This document shows, one piece after another, positions 8,403 to 17,427 of a stretch of 64,000 nt of DNA. Each line of letters begins with the position of its first letter. The first letter of the stretch is position 1. Source of the stretch: Nitrososphaerota archaeon (GTDB lineage Archaea > Thermoproteota > EX4484-205 > JAAOZP01). The notes under the pieces were generated by a model. The model was not told the DNA's origin, did not search any database, and saw only the letters and a program-made list of their open reading frames with translations. The DNA lies in assembly GCA_011605725.1 (NCBI GenBank), contig JAAOZP010000010.1, positions 1 to 64,000 on the forward strand, written 5' to 3'. The position numbers and the translations under genes are program-made.

Positions 8403-8466
8403 AAAGGTCATTTAACTCAAATTGAGCTTACTATTCCTAGAGAATCTATTTCATGATTCGCAATTT
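8403..8466 (+). repeat. Direct repeat copy B = displaced cdc6 3' end (KGHLTQIELTIPRESIS*)
   Basis: Same coding frame and stop as the cdc6 C-terminus KGHSTKIELIIPRESIS*. Confidence 0.95.
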
Positions 8467-8519
8467 CTGATTGGAAAAGAGAACGATTTCTTTAGGCTTA
8501 TTAGACTTATGAAAGGAGC

Positions 8520-8624
8520 ATGAGTAGAAATCTTCACGAGCTTGTTGAAAGGATTCACGAATTGTTGAAGCAGGGTTATGAAGAATGGAAGCAGATGGAA
8601 GAAAGAACAAATAAGAATGAGTAG
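8520..8624 (+). CDS. 34-aa small ORF upstream of the integrase (MSRNLHELVERIHELLKQGYEEWKQMEERTNKNE)
   Basis: Preceded by AAGGAGC, the same RBS context as cdc6; amphipathic helix; backbone-like codon style. Confidence 0.5.
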   Translation: MSRNLHELVERIHELLKQGYEEWKQMEERTNKNE

Positions 8625-8671
8625 CTTGTCCCTAAAAACCTAACTATCGCTCATTCTCCCAGGCGGGGCAT

Positions 8672-9895
8672 TTGACCAATAGTTATATAAATAGGGACAA
8701 ACTAATTTTGATCATGGATTTTATTCGTAATTATTCTGAAAAATTTGAAAAGTTTGAGAAAAGGTTGAAAGATATAGAGTTGAGCAGGACGAATAAGCTC
8801 TTGCTCAAAAATTTTTCAGACTATCTGTTAGCGTCAGGAATATCTAAGGGCAGGGTGTTGAAGTATGCCAGCCATTTAATTCACATAGTTAAAATTCTCG
8901 GCAAAGATTTAGATAAGGCTAGTAGAGAGGATTTGATTAAAGTAATCGGAGAGATCGAGAAGAAGAACTATTCTGCTTGGACAAAGCACGATTATAAAGT
9001 TGCTTTGAAAAAGTTCTACAAGTGGCTTAAAGGAGAGCAGGAAGGCAGAGCTTTTACAGACTGGTTTAAGGTTACTGTTAAGAACAACAATAAGAAACTC
9101 CCTGAAGAATTGTTGAGCGTTGAAGATATTGAGAAGCTTGCTTCCGCTTCTTCTAACCTGAGGGATAAGGCTTTTGTTCTGGCTTTGTACGAGAGCGGTG
9201 CAAGGATTGGAGAATTCTTGCCCATAAAGATTAAGCAGGTTGAGTTCGATAGGTATGGGGCTCTGCTTACTCTGCACGGCAAGACTGGCTCTAGGAAGAT
9301 TAGGCTCATAACTTGTGTTCCTGCTTTGATCCAATGGCTTGATTCCCATCCTTGCAAAAACGATAAGGAGGCTTTCGTTTGGGTCAAGGTTAAAGCTAAT
9401 AACGGTAATGAGATTATAACTTATGCTGAGGCATGCAAGATACTTAAGGAATTGGCTAAGAAGGCTGGAATAAGCAAGCCTGTTAACCCGCATCATTTCC
9501 GCCACTCTAGAGCTACTGAGCTAGCTAAACATTTGACTGAAGCACAATTGTGCGAATACTTGGGATGGGTTCAGGGAAGCGATGAGGCAAATACTTACGT
9601 CCATTTAAGCCAGAGAGATATAGAGTCAGCAATACTAAAGCTGCACGGGATAGAGGTTGAAGAAGAGAAGGAGCTTGAGTTCAAGCCGATTGTTTGCCCT
9701 AGATGCAAGAAGCAGAATTCTCCAGGCTCAAAGTTCTGCTCATTATGCGGATTAGCGTTAGACTTGAAATCTGCGATAGAGCTGGACTCAAAGCTTGAAA
9801 GCATGGCTGAGATTTTCGCAAGCTTGCTTGAAGACTCTAAGACTAGGAGGATGATAGTTAGAGAGGCTTTGAGAAAAGGGTTGAAGATAAGGTGA
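8672..9895 (+). CDS. int: Tyrosine recombinase/integrase with C-terminal zinc ribbon (probable start ATG 8714)
   Basis: YESGARIGE (R), GKTG (K), HHFRHSRAT (HxxR), LGW, TYVHL (Y); CPRC...CSLC tail; TTATATAAA box at ~8683. Confidence 0.95.
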   Translation: MTNSYINRDKLILIMDFIRNYSEKFEKFEKRLKDIELSRTNKLLLKNFSDYLLASGISKGRVLKYASHLIHIVKILGKDLDKASREDLIKVIGEIEKKNYSAWTKHDYKVALKKFYKWLKGEQEGRAFTDWFKVTVKNNNKKLPEELLSVEDIEKLASASSNLRDKAFVLALYESGARIGEFLPIKIKQVEFDRYGALLTLHGKTGSRKIRLITCVPALIQWLDSHPCKNDKEAFVWVKVKANNGNEIITYAEACKILKELAKKAGISKPVNPHHFRHSRATELAKHLTEAQLCEYLGWVQGSDEANTYVHLSQRDIESAILKLHGIEVEEEKELEFKPIVCPRCKKQNSPGSKFCSLCGLALDLKSAIELDSKLESMAEIFASLLEDSKTRRMIVREALRKGLKIR

Positions 9896-9958
9896 GTGAA
9901 TTATTTGCTACTCGCATCTTTTTCATGCATTTAAAATCCTTAAAACTCAGAAAAACGA

Positions 9959-11467
9959 TTATAAATTGCCTTCGATAAAGGCTTGGTGATCGTAAACTAG
10001 TTTATATTTGTTCTCTTTCATTTCTACAACTGCTAAGTTCGAAAGGGTTTTCAGAGCTTGAAAAATTTCTTCCTCAGTATATCCTTCTGGCGGCATGTAG
10101 AGGTAAAGCTTGTAAGCTTTTTTAAACCTTGGATCTTGAATTAACTTGTATATTTCATTTACCGGCAGCGGTTTATTTAGGTGTAGGAGTAAAATTTTGA
10201 AAACACATCTTACAGCTCCGGCTTTTCTAAGACGAGTATCTTCTTTGCTTTGTAATTTTTCCTGCGTAAAATCTCTTTGAGGACAGAATAATATTAAATC
10301 CGGTATCTCTTCTTCTGTCAGCTTAGCATCTACTCCGATTTTTTCTAGACAAATATTTAAAGCATGCATCAATCTTTTTCTCGGATTTTCATTTTTCGAC
10401 TTTCTTAGGGCAATCGGAATTTCTGACAAAACACCGGGCCACCTTTTTTCTAAAGAGTTGTACCATAGCATTGCCATTAACTGGCCGTATGGAACAAAAC
10501 CCAGAGCAATGTTTAAATAAGGTTTGAGAGAAGAGTCTGTCGAAGCCTCTCTGAGTGTTAATATATTGACTAATGCATGTTCCAATTCTATGAAGCCTTT
10601 TTCCTCTATGCTTTTGTTAGAATTCTTGTTAATTGATGTTCCAATATTGAGGACTGAGTGAATGACTTCATGTATTAGAACTATTTTCCACAGAAATCCG
10701 AGAAAAAGCGGCCAAAAGTTACAGAAAATGAATACTTTTACTGAATCTTGTTTAATCTTAATAGGCCTTGAGCTTCCAAGTATGTAGGTTATTCCGTTCC
10801 GTCTCCCGCTTATAAGATAGCATAGTATTTTTTCACAAGATATTTTCATTTTTTCTCTTAACCACATCTCACTTAGTTTTAACACGTTTCTATTAAGATC
10901 GTATTTTTCAAACTCTTGTCGTAAAAAATCAAAATGATCATCAATACTCTTGCTCCTGTACCTTTCTATAGTCTCTCTAATAGAACTTAACAACTCATCC
11001 GTGAAAGGGTATTCGTAGTCTAAAAGATCTTCTAATGCTTTTTCTGTTTCAGACTTTTCTAAAAAAGATATTAAGGAGACTAATCTTTTCCCTAAGTAAA
11101 TACTAATGTGTGCTGCATCGCTATGTTTCTGCATAACTTTATCAAAAGATTCTGAGAGCAAGAGTATTGAGTACACGTCAAGGTGAGGGAACTTTACATC
11201 CTTTACCTTATGGAGTTCTCTTAACTTTTCTAGAAAATGCTTTGCTACTTCATCTCTTCTTGAGCTAAAGCGTTTCTCAATCTCCGTAAGGTTGCCGCAA
11301 AAGCATGTGTCAACAATTTTAAACAATTCTTCTCTTTGATCTTGACTGCTCACACGATATAATTCTGCGAATGCCTTTACCGCTAAAGCACATCCATACA
11401 ACTCGGAATCTGGAAGAGCATGAAAAGCGATATCTCTTAAGGAAGAAAGCAACTCGTTCAAAGACAT
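9959..11467 (-). CDS. Putative gluzincin-type HExxH metallopeptidase fused to a C-terminal winged helix
   Basis: IVLIHEVIHS (aa 266-270), downstream ELEHAL Glu ligand; C-terminal LPVNEIYKL...EEIFQALKTLSNLAVVEMKENKYKL wHTH pattern. Confidence 0.6.
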   Translation of the reverse strand: MSLNELLSSLRDIAFHALPDSELYGCALAVKAFAELYRVSSQDQREELFKIVDTCFCGNLTEIEKRFSSRRDEVAKHFLEKLRELHKVKDVKFPHLDVYSILLLSESFDKVMQKHSDAAHISIYLGKRLVSLISFLEKSETEKALEDLLDYEYPFTDELLSSIRETIERYRSKSIDDHFDFLRQEFEKYDLNRNVLKLSEMWLREKMKISCEKILCYLISGRRNGITYILGSSRPIKIKQDSVKVFIFCNFWPLFLGFLWKIVLIHEVIHSVLNIGTSINKNSNKSIEEKGFIELEHALVNILTLREASTDSSLKPYLNIALGFVPYGQLMAMLWYNSLEKRWPGVLSEIPIALRKSKNENPRKRLMHALNICLEKIGVDAKLTEEEIPDLILFCPQRDFTQEKLQSKEDTRLRKAGAVRCVFKILLLHLNKPLPVNEIYKLIQDPRFKKAYKLYLYMPPEGYTEEEIFQALKTLSNLAVVEMKENKYKLVYDHQAFIEGNL

Positions 11468-11481
11468 TTTACTGTTCTAAA

Positions 11482-11769
11482 TTACCACTCAACAGGCTCC
11501 AGGCAATGACGACATATTATTTTAAGGGCTTTTTCCGAATGATGAGTCTCTACAGACTCGCCGTAGGCTGTAGGAGTAACAGGAAAACCGCACTCTGCAC
11601 AAGGAATGCTTTCATGCATAATTTTCTGATAAACCTCTTTCGGTATCTTTCCAGATTTATAATCGTTTTCTAATCTTTCTCTAGCCTCCTTCTCCATTTT
11701 TAACTCACGTTTGTACAAGGCATTAGTAAGTTTTTCAACAAAATCTTCAGCTTTTTCACTCGTTTGCAT
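11482..11769 (-). CDS. Small zinc-finger protein (CAEC...CRHC) with a SHOCT-like helical hairpin
   Basis: Two CxxC pairs; LENDYKSGKIPKEVYQKI; GGAGG RBS upstream; 14 nt from the HExxH gene. Confidence 0.7.
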   Translation of the reverse strand: MQTSEKAEDFVEKLTNALYKRELKMEKEARERLENDYKSGKIPKEVYQKIMHESIPCAECGFPVTPTAYGESVETHHSEKALKIICRHCLEPVEW

Positions 11770-11829
11770 GATGTTTAATCCTCCTTTACCATTATATTTT
11801 TCCCCTTATATTTTTAAACTTTACACTTC

Positions 11830-11851
11830 ACCTACCACATTTTAGGTAGGT
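11830..11851. promoter_or_regulatory. Inverted repeat ACCTACC-N8-GGTAGGT in a divergent promoter
   Basis: Perfect 7-bp arms between the divergent 11769(-) and 11888(+) starts. Confidence 0.45.
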
Positions 11852-11887
11852 AGTAAAGTTTAATTAGGTTGAAAGGAACAACATGGC

Positions 11888-12520
11888 ATGAATAAAGATG
11901 CAGAGCGCAGGATATTACTGCAGAGAGTGTTTTACAAGGATAGAGACCTATATAAAATAGGAAAGTTTGCTGGCATAGCTTGGTTCAACAAATTTGAAGC
12001 AAAATTTGAAAGGGATATATACGCGTATTTTGCTGATGAAGAAAGAAGGGAGGCAGTGGAGAAAATTACTTTAGAAGTTTCTGATGAGAAGTTTATTGAT
12101 GCATTTAATAAAGTGTTCAAAGAGGAGCCAAGGTATATCGAGATCGATAGGTTCATTGGTGAACATTATTATTTTGATGTAAACACAGGACTTAGGCTTG
12201 AGAATAGACAAGAAAATCTTAAGAAGGAAATACGGAGTGCATTGGAGGAAACAGGTAAAAGGGGTTTTTATTTTCTTAAGGCGATTATTGAATTATACAA
12301 GGAGGGTAAATGGGATAAAGCGTACGGTGGAGCCACTTGGGCGGATATACTGGCCAAAATAAGAGAGCTTGGCGGTGAATATCCTGCAGCCCGCGACGTA
12401 GCTCTTCTAAAATCATATAAGATATACTATAAAACCGGAAGCAGAAGATACCCGACGCACACTATCCCTGAAGAAATAATTCCTTTGGTTGAGAAAGTTC
12501 TAAATGAAATGGCAGTCTGA
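11888..12520 (+). CDS. Hypothetical protein, possible C-terminal wHTH
   Basis: 210-aa ORF; GATWADILAKIRELGG...LLKSYKIYYKTGSRRYPTH helix-helix-wing pattern. Confidence 0.65.
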   Translation: MNKDAERRILLQRVFYKDRDLYKIGKFAGIAWFNKFEAKFERDIYAYFADEERREAVEKITLEVSDEKFIDAFNKVFKEEPRYIEIDRFIGEHYYFDVNTGLRLENRQENLKKEIRSALEETGKRGFYFLKAIIELYKEGKWDKAYGGATWADILAKIRELGGEYPAARDVALLKSYKIYYKTGSRRYPTHTIPEEIIPLVEKVLNEMAV

Positions 12521-12741
12521 AATCACAGCCCATACCAATTCATGTAACCCCCACAGTATTTTTACCAAAAGTTATACATGCACCTAATTAAGTGCAAATA
12601 CGCGTGTTTAACCTAAAAAATCCTAGGCTTGAATCCAGCTTGTTGTTCCACGCGTGCTATAACAAGGATTTGTGAAGCATTGTAATTAGCACGATTTTTA
12701 TGCTTAGAAAAGTGATGAACCTCATGATATTTTAAGTTAAG

Positions 12742-12756
12742 ATCCCGGCGACCCCA
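12742..12756 (+). other. Putative attR: tRNA (most like Pro) 3'-end duplicate ATCCCGGCGACCCCA
   Basis: Matches the T-loop end, T-stem and acceptor 3' strand of archaeal tRNA-Pro (..TTCAAATCCCGGCG(G/A)CCCCA); no 5' half upstream; sits at the composition boundary. Confidence 0.8.
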
Positions 12757-12853
12757 TTGCTCCAATCACGGTTTATCGTTCAAACCTCAAGCTTGCTAAG
12801 CTCCTAATATTCTATGCGAAAAGTTTATACGTCTACGTTTTTCTACCTCAACG

Positions 12854-13081
12854 TTGCCTGCTTACTATTGCCCGGAATGTGGAGGAGAGTTAAAATACGA
12901 ACCCGCTACCAAGCTATATGTATGCAAGGCGTGTGGAAGGGTTTACGAGTTTGAGGAGTTGAAAATCACTAAAGAAAAGTTTCTTAAATCCGTGATGGAG
13001 AGTGATGAGGAGAAGAGGAGGAAGCGTAGACGGGAAGTTGTTAAATGGTGGTTGGGTGAGAAGTCGGCAGAAGAGGAATAG
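12854..13081 (+). CDS. Small zinc-ribbon protein
   Basis: CPECGG...YVCKACG plus a charged C-terminal helix. Confidence 0.8.
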   Translation: MPAYYCPECGGELKYEPATKLYVCKACGRVYEFEELKITKEKFLKSVMESDEEKRRKRRREVVKWWLGEKSAEEE

Positions 13082-13260
13082 TGCAGAACCTTTTTAACAC
13101 CATTTTCAAGCCGGCTTCGATTTTCACTCGTTTTAGTAATGCGGTAAATAAATGTAAATAAGTTGTTCGCAGTTTATTGTTTTCGCTGAACCCTTAGGAT
13201 GGCTTGGCTGCTCATGAGTAATTTTTAAAAGCCTAGGGTTTTCCAAGACTATTACCAAGA

Positions 13261-14520
13261 ATGGCTAATCCAGCTGATCGTTTTAAGCCTTATAGCTTCA
13301 GCGACGTGGAGAAACAGTATGTTGAGCGGATAATGCTTGACGTTAGGAAGAGGGGGGACAAGGCTCTTTTAGACTATACTTCACGTCCAAGGCCTTTCGA
13401 CAATGTTAGGCTTACGAGAAGACAGCTTATGGTTAGTGAAAAGGAGATTAAAGAATCCGAGGAGAGAGTAACAGTTGAAGTCAAGAAAGCGATTCTATTC
13501 TTGATGAAGAGCGTTAAGAAGGTAGTTAGATTGCAGATAAAGGCTTTTCAACCAGTTGTCTTCAGGGGAGGAGGGTTTGAATACTCTCTGCGTCTTTACC
13601 CTATTGAAAGGATCGGTATTCTAGTTCCAGGTGGAAGAGCATCCTATGCTTCAACACTGGTTATGGCAGCCTATCCGGCTGTCTTAGTTGGTGTTAAAGA
13701 TATCTGTATTCTAACACCCCCGAGGCCAGACGGGTCTGTCAATCCAGCGATACTTTATGCTGCTAGGTTAATGGGTTTGGGAAGGGTTTACAGGTGCAAT
13801 ATGGTTGCGGGAGTGGGTGCTTTGGCTTTTGGTACAGAATCTATCCCGAGGGTTGACAAGATATTCGGTCCAGGGAACAGGTTTGTGATGATGGCGAAGA
13901 TGATTGCAAGCAGTTACGGTGCTTCGATAGATATTCCTGCCGGGCCTTCGGAGCTTGTTGTGCTCGCGGATTCAAGTGCAGACCCTGATTTAGTTGCTTT
14001 AGACCTAGCCGCGCAGGCTGAGCACTCGCCTGATGCTTTTACAGTGTTGGTCACGAATTCCCCTCGGATAGCAAAGTCCGTTAAGAAAATATTTACAACG
14101 CTTTCAGAAAGGCTGCATTTAAAAGTAAGGCTTAACACATATATTGTTGGTTCTGTTAGAGAAGGTGTAGAGAAATGCAACCTGCTAGCACCTGAACATG
14201 TTTCGCTGCACGTCGAGAATCCTAGGGCGATAGCCCGTCAGCTGACCGTCGCAGGAACGGTTTTTCTTGGGAAATATTCACCACCTGCTGTAGGGGATTA
14301 TGCTTCAGGAAGCAACCATATTCTTCCAACATCTGGATATGCGAAAGTAAGAGGCGGGGTGACAGTGCTTGACTATCTGAGGCTCGTATCCTATCAAAGT
14401 TTTTCCATGAAATATGTGAAATCAGTCAGCAGGCATGTTGAGGCTTTAAGCATTGCAGAGGGGCTTCCTCTCCACGGTGCGAGTGTTAAGGCTAGGCTTA
14501 TTGGGAGGCCTATTTTATGA
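13261..14520 (+). CDS. hisD: Histidinol dehydrogenase
   Basis: GILVPGGRASY, GPGNRFV, IDIPAGPSE, QAEH, APEH, GDYASGSNHILPT. Confidence 0.97.
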   Translation: MANPADRFKPYSFSDVEKQYVERIMLDVRKRGDKALLDYTSRPRPFDNVRLTRRQLMVSEKEIKESEERVTVEVKKAILFLMKSVKKVVRLQIKAFQPVVFRGGGFEYSLRLYPIERIGILVPGGRASYASTLVMAAYPAVLVGVKDICILTPPRPDGSVNPAILYAARLMGLGRVYRCNMVAGVGALAFGTESIPRVDKIFGPGNRFVMMAKMIASSYGASIDIPAGPSELVVLADSSADPDLVALDLAAQAEHSPDAFTVLVTNSPRIAKSVKKIFTTLSERLHLKVRLNTYIVGSVREGVEKCNLLAPEHVSLHVENPRAIARQLTVAGTVFLGKYSPPAVGDYASGSNHILPTSGYAKVRGGVTVLDYLRLVSYQSFSMKYVKSVSRHVEALSIAEGLPLHGASVKARLIGRPIL

Positions 14521-15290
14521 AGGCTGTCTTTCTAATAGGTACTGCTGGAAGCGGTAAGACAACCTTTGTAAAAAACTTCTCGCAATGGATGGAAGATAAG
14601 GGGGTGGATGTTGCAAGGATTAACTTGGATCCAGGAGTTATAAGCCTACCCTATTCTGCTGATTTTGATGTCAGGACGTATGTTGACACTGAGAAGCTGA
14701 TGAGGGATATTGGACTTGGACCAAATAGCGCTCTGACAGTTGCTTCAGACCTTATTGCGGTGAAGGTTCATGAGATAAGTGAGGAAGTTGAGGCAATGGG
14801 TCATGAGCTTGCCTTGATTGACACACCTGGCCAGATAGAGCTTTTCGCTTTTAGACCGGTTGGTAGAGCGTTTTCTGAAAGCTTCCTTAGGGGCCCTAAG
14901 ATGGTAATATATCTGTTTGACTACGCGTTGATGCTTGAACCATTAAGCTTCCTGGCCTCGCTTTACCTAAGCATGTCTGTTTACGCTTCTCTCGCAATGC
15001 CTCAACTAAACGTTATTAACAAGGCGGATTTAGTGAGTCCCCGCATAGTTAAGAAGATTGAAGAATGGTATTCAAATCCTTTCAAACTCTACGAGTCCAT
15101 TACTAAATCGTACAGGGGAGAGAAGCTGAAACTTGGGCAAGAGCTTTCAAAAGCATTGCCTCTTTTAAGCAGCTTAAACAAGCCTATGCCTGTTTCAGCC
15201 GTCACGATGGAGGGGTTTATAGACGTTTACTCCCAGGTTACAAGAATTCTAGGAACAGGCGAGGAATTCTCGCATGAACAGGCTCTTTAA
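14517..15290 (+). CDS. GPN-loop GTPase
   Basis: GTAGSGKT, NLDPG, GLGPN, DTPGQIE, NKAD. Confidence 0.95.
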   Translation: MKAVFLIGTAGSGKTTFVKNFSQWMEDKGVDVARINLDPGVISLPYSADFDVRTYVDTEKLMRDIGLGPNSALTVASDLIAVKVHEISEEVEAMGHELALIDTPGQIELFAFRPVGRAFSESFLRGPKMVIYLFDYALMLEPLSFLASLYLSMSVYASLAMPQLNVINKADLVSPRIVKKIEEWYSNPFKLYESITKSYRGEKLKLGQELSKALPLLSSLNKPMPVSAVTMEGFIDVYSQVTRILGTGEEFSHEQAL

Positions 15291-15325
15291 AAGGCTTCCC
15301 AGAAAGAGAAACATTTATTAAACCA

Positions 15326-16231
15326 TTGTCAAGCTTCCTCAGCGATTTGCCTGCCTTCCAGGAAACAGAGGGCCTTGAGTCAAAGGCTTATATTAGACAG
15401 ATTGAGGAGGAGCTTAAGAAGCAGAAGGAGAAGCTTACGGAGCTCGTAGCACGGAGAAGACAGCTGAGAGACGAGATTGCTGCGATAAGCAAGCAGATCG
15501 ATGAATACGTTGCTAAGAGAAACGAGCTTAACGAGCAGATTAAGAAGATAAAAGACGATATAGCGCAACTGAGAGCTTCAGAGAAAAACCTTAAGGAGGA
15601 AATGGAGCGTAAAAGAGTTGTTATAAAAAGCCGCTCTAGGAAGATAAGAATAAGTGAGAGGGAAGCTAGGGCACAGCTCTCAAGGCTTGAATGGAGACTC
15701 GCGACGGAGCACTTGGAGCCTAAAGAGGAGGCTGAGCTTGTTAAAGAGATTGAGAGAGCTAGAGCGATTCTGCGTGAGGTTGAAGCAGTCGTCAGCATGA
15801 GGAAGAACATCGGTGATTTCGAAAAGAAGATAGGTGAAATAACCTCCATGATAATGGTGAAGAGTAATGAAAAGGCAAAGCTTGTGGAAGCTTCTAATCT
15901 CTATCATGCTAAGATTAAACAGCTTTTAGATGATAAGAAGGTGAAGAAGGATGAGCTTGCTAAGCTTGATTCAGAGATAGATGAGGCTAAGAAAAAGAAG
16001 GATGAGCTTTTCATGAAAATGGTTGAGATCGATGCTAAATCCTACCTGGCGAGGATGAGACGCGTTTTGATGATGCAGCAGGAGCATGCTAAGCGTTTGA
16101 AAATGGAGGAAGCTATCAGAAGCAAGCTTGCTCTGGACGCTCAGGAGAAGCTTAAACGTGGCGAGACACTAGACTGGGAAGAGTTTAAGGCTATGATAGA
16201 GGCACAGGGTGGTCAATCCCAAGTGGGATAG
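15326..16231 (+). CDS. Archaeal coiled-coil protein (COG1340-like)
   Basis: Heptad-rich; LEWRLATEHLEPKEEAELV and EKLKRGETLDWEEF family-like motifs. Confidence 0.75.
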   Translation: MSSFLSDLPAFQETEGLESKAYIRQIEEELKKQKEKLTELVARRRQLRDEIAAISKQIDEYVAKRNELNEQIKKIKDDIAQLRASEKNLKEEMERKRVVIKSRSRKIRISEREARAQLSRLEWRLATEHLEPKEEAELVKEIERARAILREVEAVVSMRKNIGDFEKKIGEITSMIMVKSNEKAKLVEASNLYHAKIKQLLDDKKVKKDELAKLDSEIDEAKKKKDELFMKMVEIDAKSYLARMRRVLMMQQEHAKRLKMEEAIRSKLALDAQEKLKRGETLDWEEFKAMIEAQGGQSQVG

Positions 16232-17423
16232 TCTACTGTCGTTTTCAGAATTTTTGGACATACAAAAGTTTTTTAATGATGAAATACATGCCTATAGTAA
16301 AGGGCGGTTGGAAGAGAGTATTAAAAGGGCACTAATCGTATGCGTCGATCTGGATGACGATGTGGGTGTTAAGACTGGGCTACAGACACCTATACTCGGG
16401 AGGGAAAACGTGTTGAAAGCAGCGGAGAAGCTTGCCCTAGTTGATCCTGAGGAGGCTGATTCAAACGCTATGTTCGCGTCAATCAGGCTTTCCGACGAGC
16501 TGTTTCAAAAAGGCTATTTGACGGAGGTCAGTGTGATCGGCGGATTAAGGGATGGTGGCCTCGAAGCCTCTAGAAAAGCTATGGATGAAATAATGCGTGT
16601 CGCAAACTCCTTTAAACCCTCTGAGGTCTATGTTGTGACAGACGGGTTTGGAGAGGAAGACATAGAGCCCGTCATAAGGGCGAGGCTGCCTCTCGTCGGC
16701 GTTAAAAGAGTCGTGGTTAAGCAGAGCCGCTCGATAGAGGCGTCCTACATAATATTTGGAAGGTATTTGAAAATGCTCTTTTCAGATCCAAGGTTTAAAA
16801 AGTGGTTCCTCGGGCTTGGAGGCACTCTTATAATTACATTGTCACTCTTAAGCTACTTCGGCTCTGCAAGGGAGGTTTTAACCGCCTTCTGGAGTATAGT
16901 GGGGTTAGCAGTCTTGATGAAAGGGTTTGACCTAGACAAGCTTGTCTCAGCCGGTCTTAAACATGTGTTTGGGGGTGAGATGCCACCACAGTTCCTTATA
17001 CTTAAAACGTTACTATTATCCACAGGCATATCTCTAATCCTGTTCGCCCTTTCCACAGGGCTTTCCACAGGGCTTCTTCCGAATGAAACCTTGATAGGTA
17101 GAATCGGAAGATTCGTCGCGCAGACGGTCGATGTCATGCTGTTCGGCATCGCGTTAACACTTTTAAGCGGCTCAGTAAAATACCCTTTAACAGCTTCAAG
17201 TGTTCAAGACTCGCTTACAATACTCGCGAACCTAGTGACTCTTATCCCTATGCTGAGAACAGTGGGACTGGCTGTTGCAACCCCTTCTTTTGAACTAAGG
17301 ATACTCCTTCAGGTCAGCCTTCTTACCCTTATGCTTGTTTTCGCAGTAAACATCATGGTTTTCTTAACAATGAGGCTCCTATACTCGTTGAAAATACTTA
17401 AAATCAGCCAGAGAACAAGATAG
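16209..17423 (+). CDS. DUF373-family membrane protein (true start likely downstream)
   Basis: VCVDLDDDVG.KTG..TPILGRE, DPEEADSN, VTDG, VVVKQSRSIE; C-terminal TM helices; usual neighbour of uppS. Confidence 0.85.
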   Translation: MVNPKWDSLLSFSEFLDIQKFFNDEIHAYSKGRLEESIKRALIVCVDLDDDVGVKTGLQTPILGRENVLKAAEKLALVDPEEADSNAMFASIRLSDELFQKGYLTEVSVIGGLRDGGLEASRKAMDEIMRVANSFKPSEVYVVTDGFGEEDIEPVIRARLPLVGVKRVVVKQSRSIEASYIIFGRYLKMLFSDPRFKKWFLGLGGTLIITLSLLSYFGSAREVLTAFWSIVGLAVLMKGFDLDKLVSAGLKHVFGGEMPPQFLILKTLLLSTGISLILFALSTGLSTGLLPNETLIGRIGRFVAQTVDVMLFGIALTLLSGSVKYPLTASSVQDSLTILANLVTLIPMLRTVGLAVATPSFELRILLQVSLLTLMLVFAVNIMVFLTMRLLYSLKILKISQRTR

Positions 17424-17427
17424 CCTA

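Larger units (their letters stand above)
1..12756. mobile_element. Integrated element (provirus or integrative plasmid-like island), left end outside the window
   Basis: Visibly more AT-rich than the downstream DNA; encodes a tyrosine integrase, an extra Cdc6/Orc1, a nuclease and many orphans; ends in a tRNA 3'-end-like copy at 12742-12756, after which housekeeping genes resume. Confidence 0.88.

Noticed and set aside
12579-12700. Short inverted repeats and CACGCGTG near attR
   Set aside because: Arms are only 5-8 bp; may be degenerate GC-core or integrase arm sites, but chance cannot be excluded
17049-17075. 12-bp tandem repeat CTTTCCACAGGG x2 in the DUF373 gene
   Set aside because: In-frame LSTG duplication, two copies only; no sign of a contingency locus
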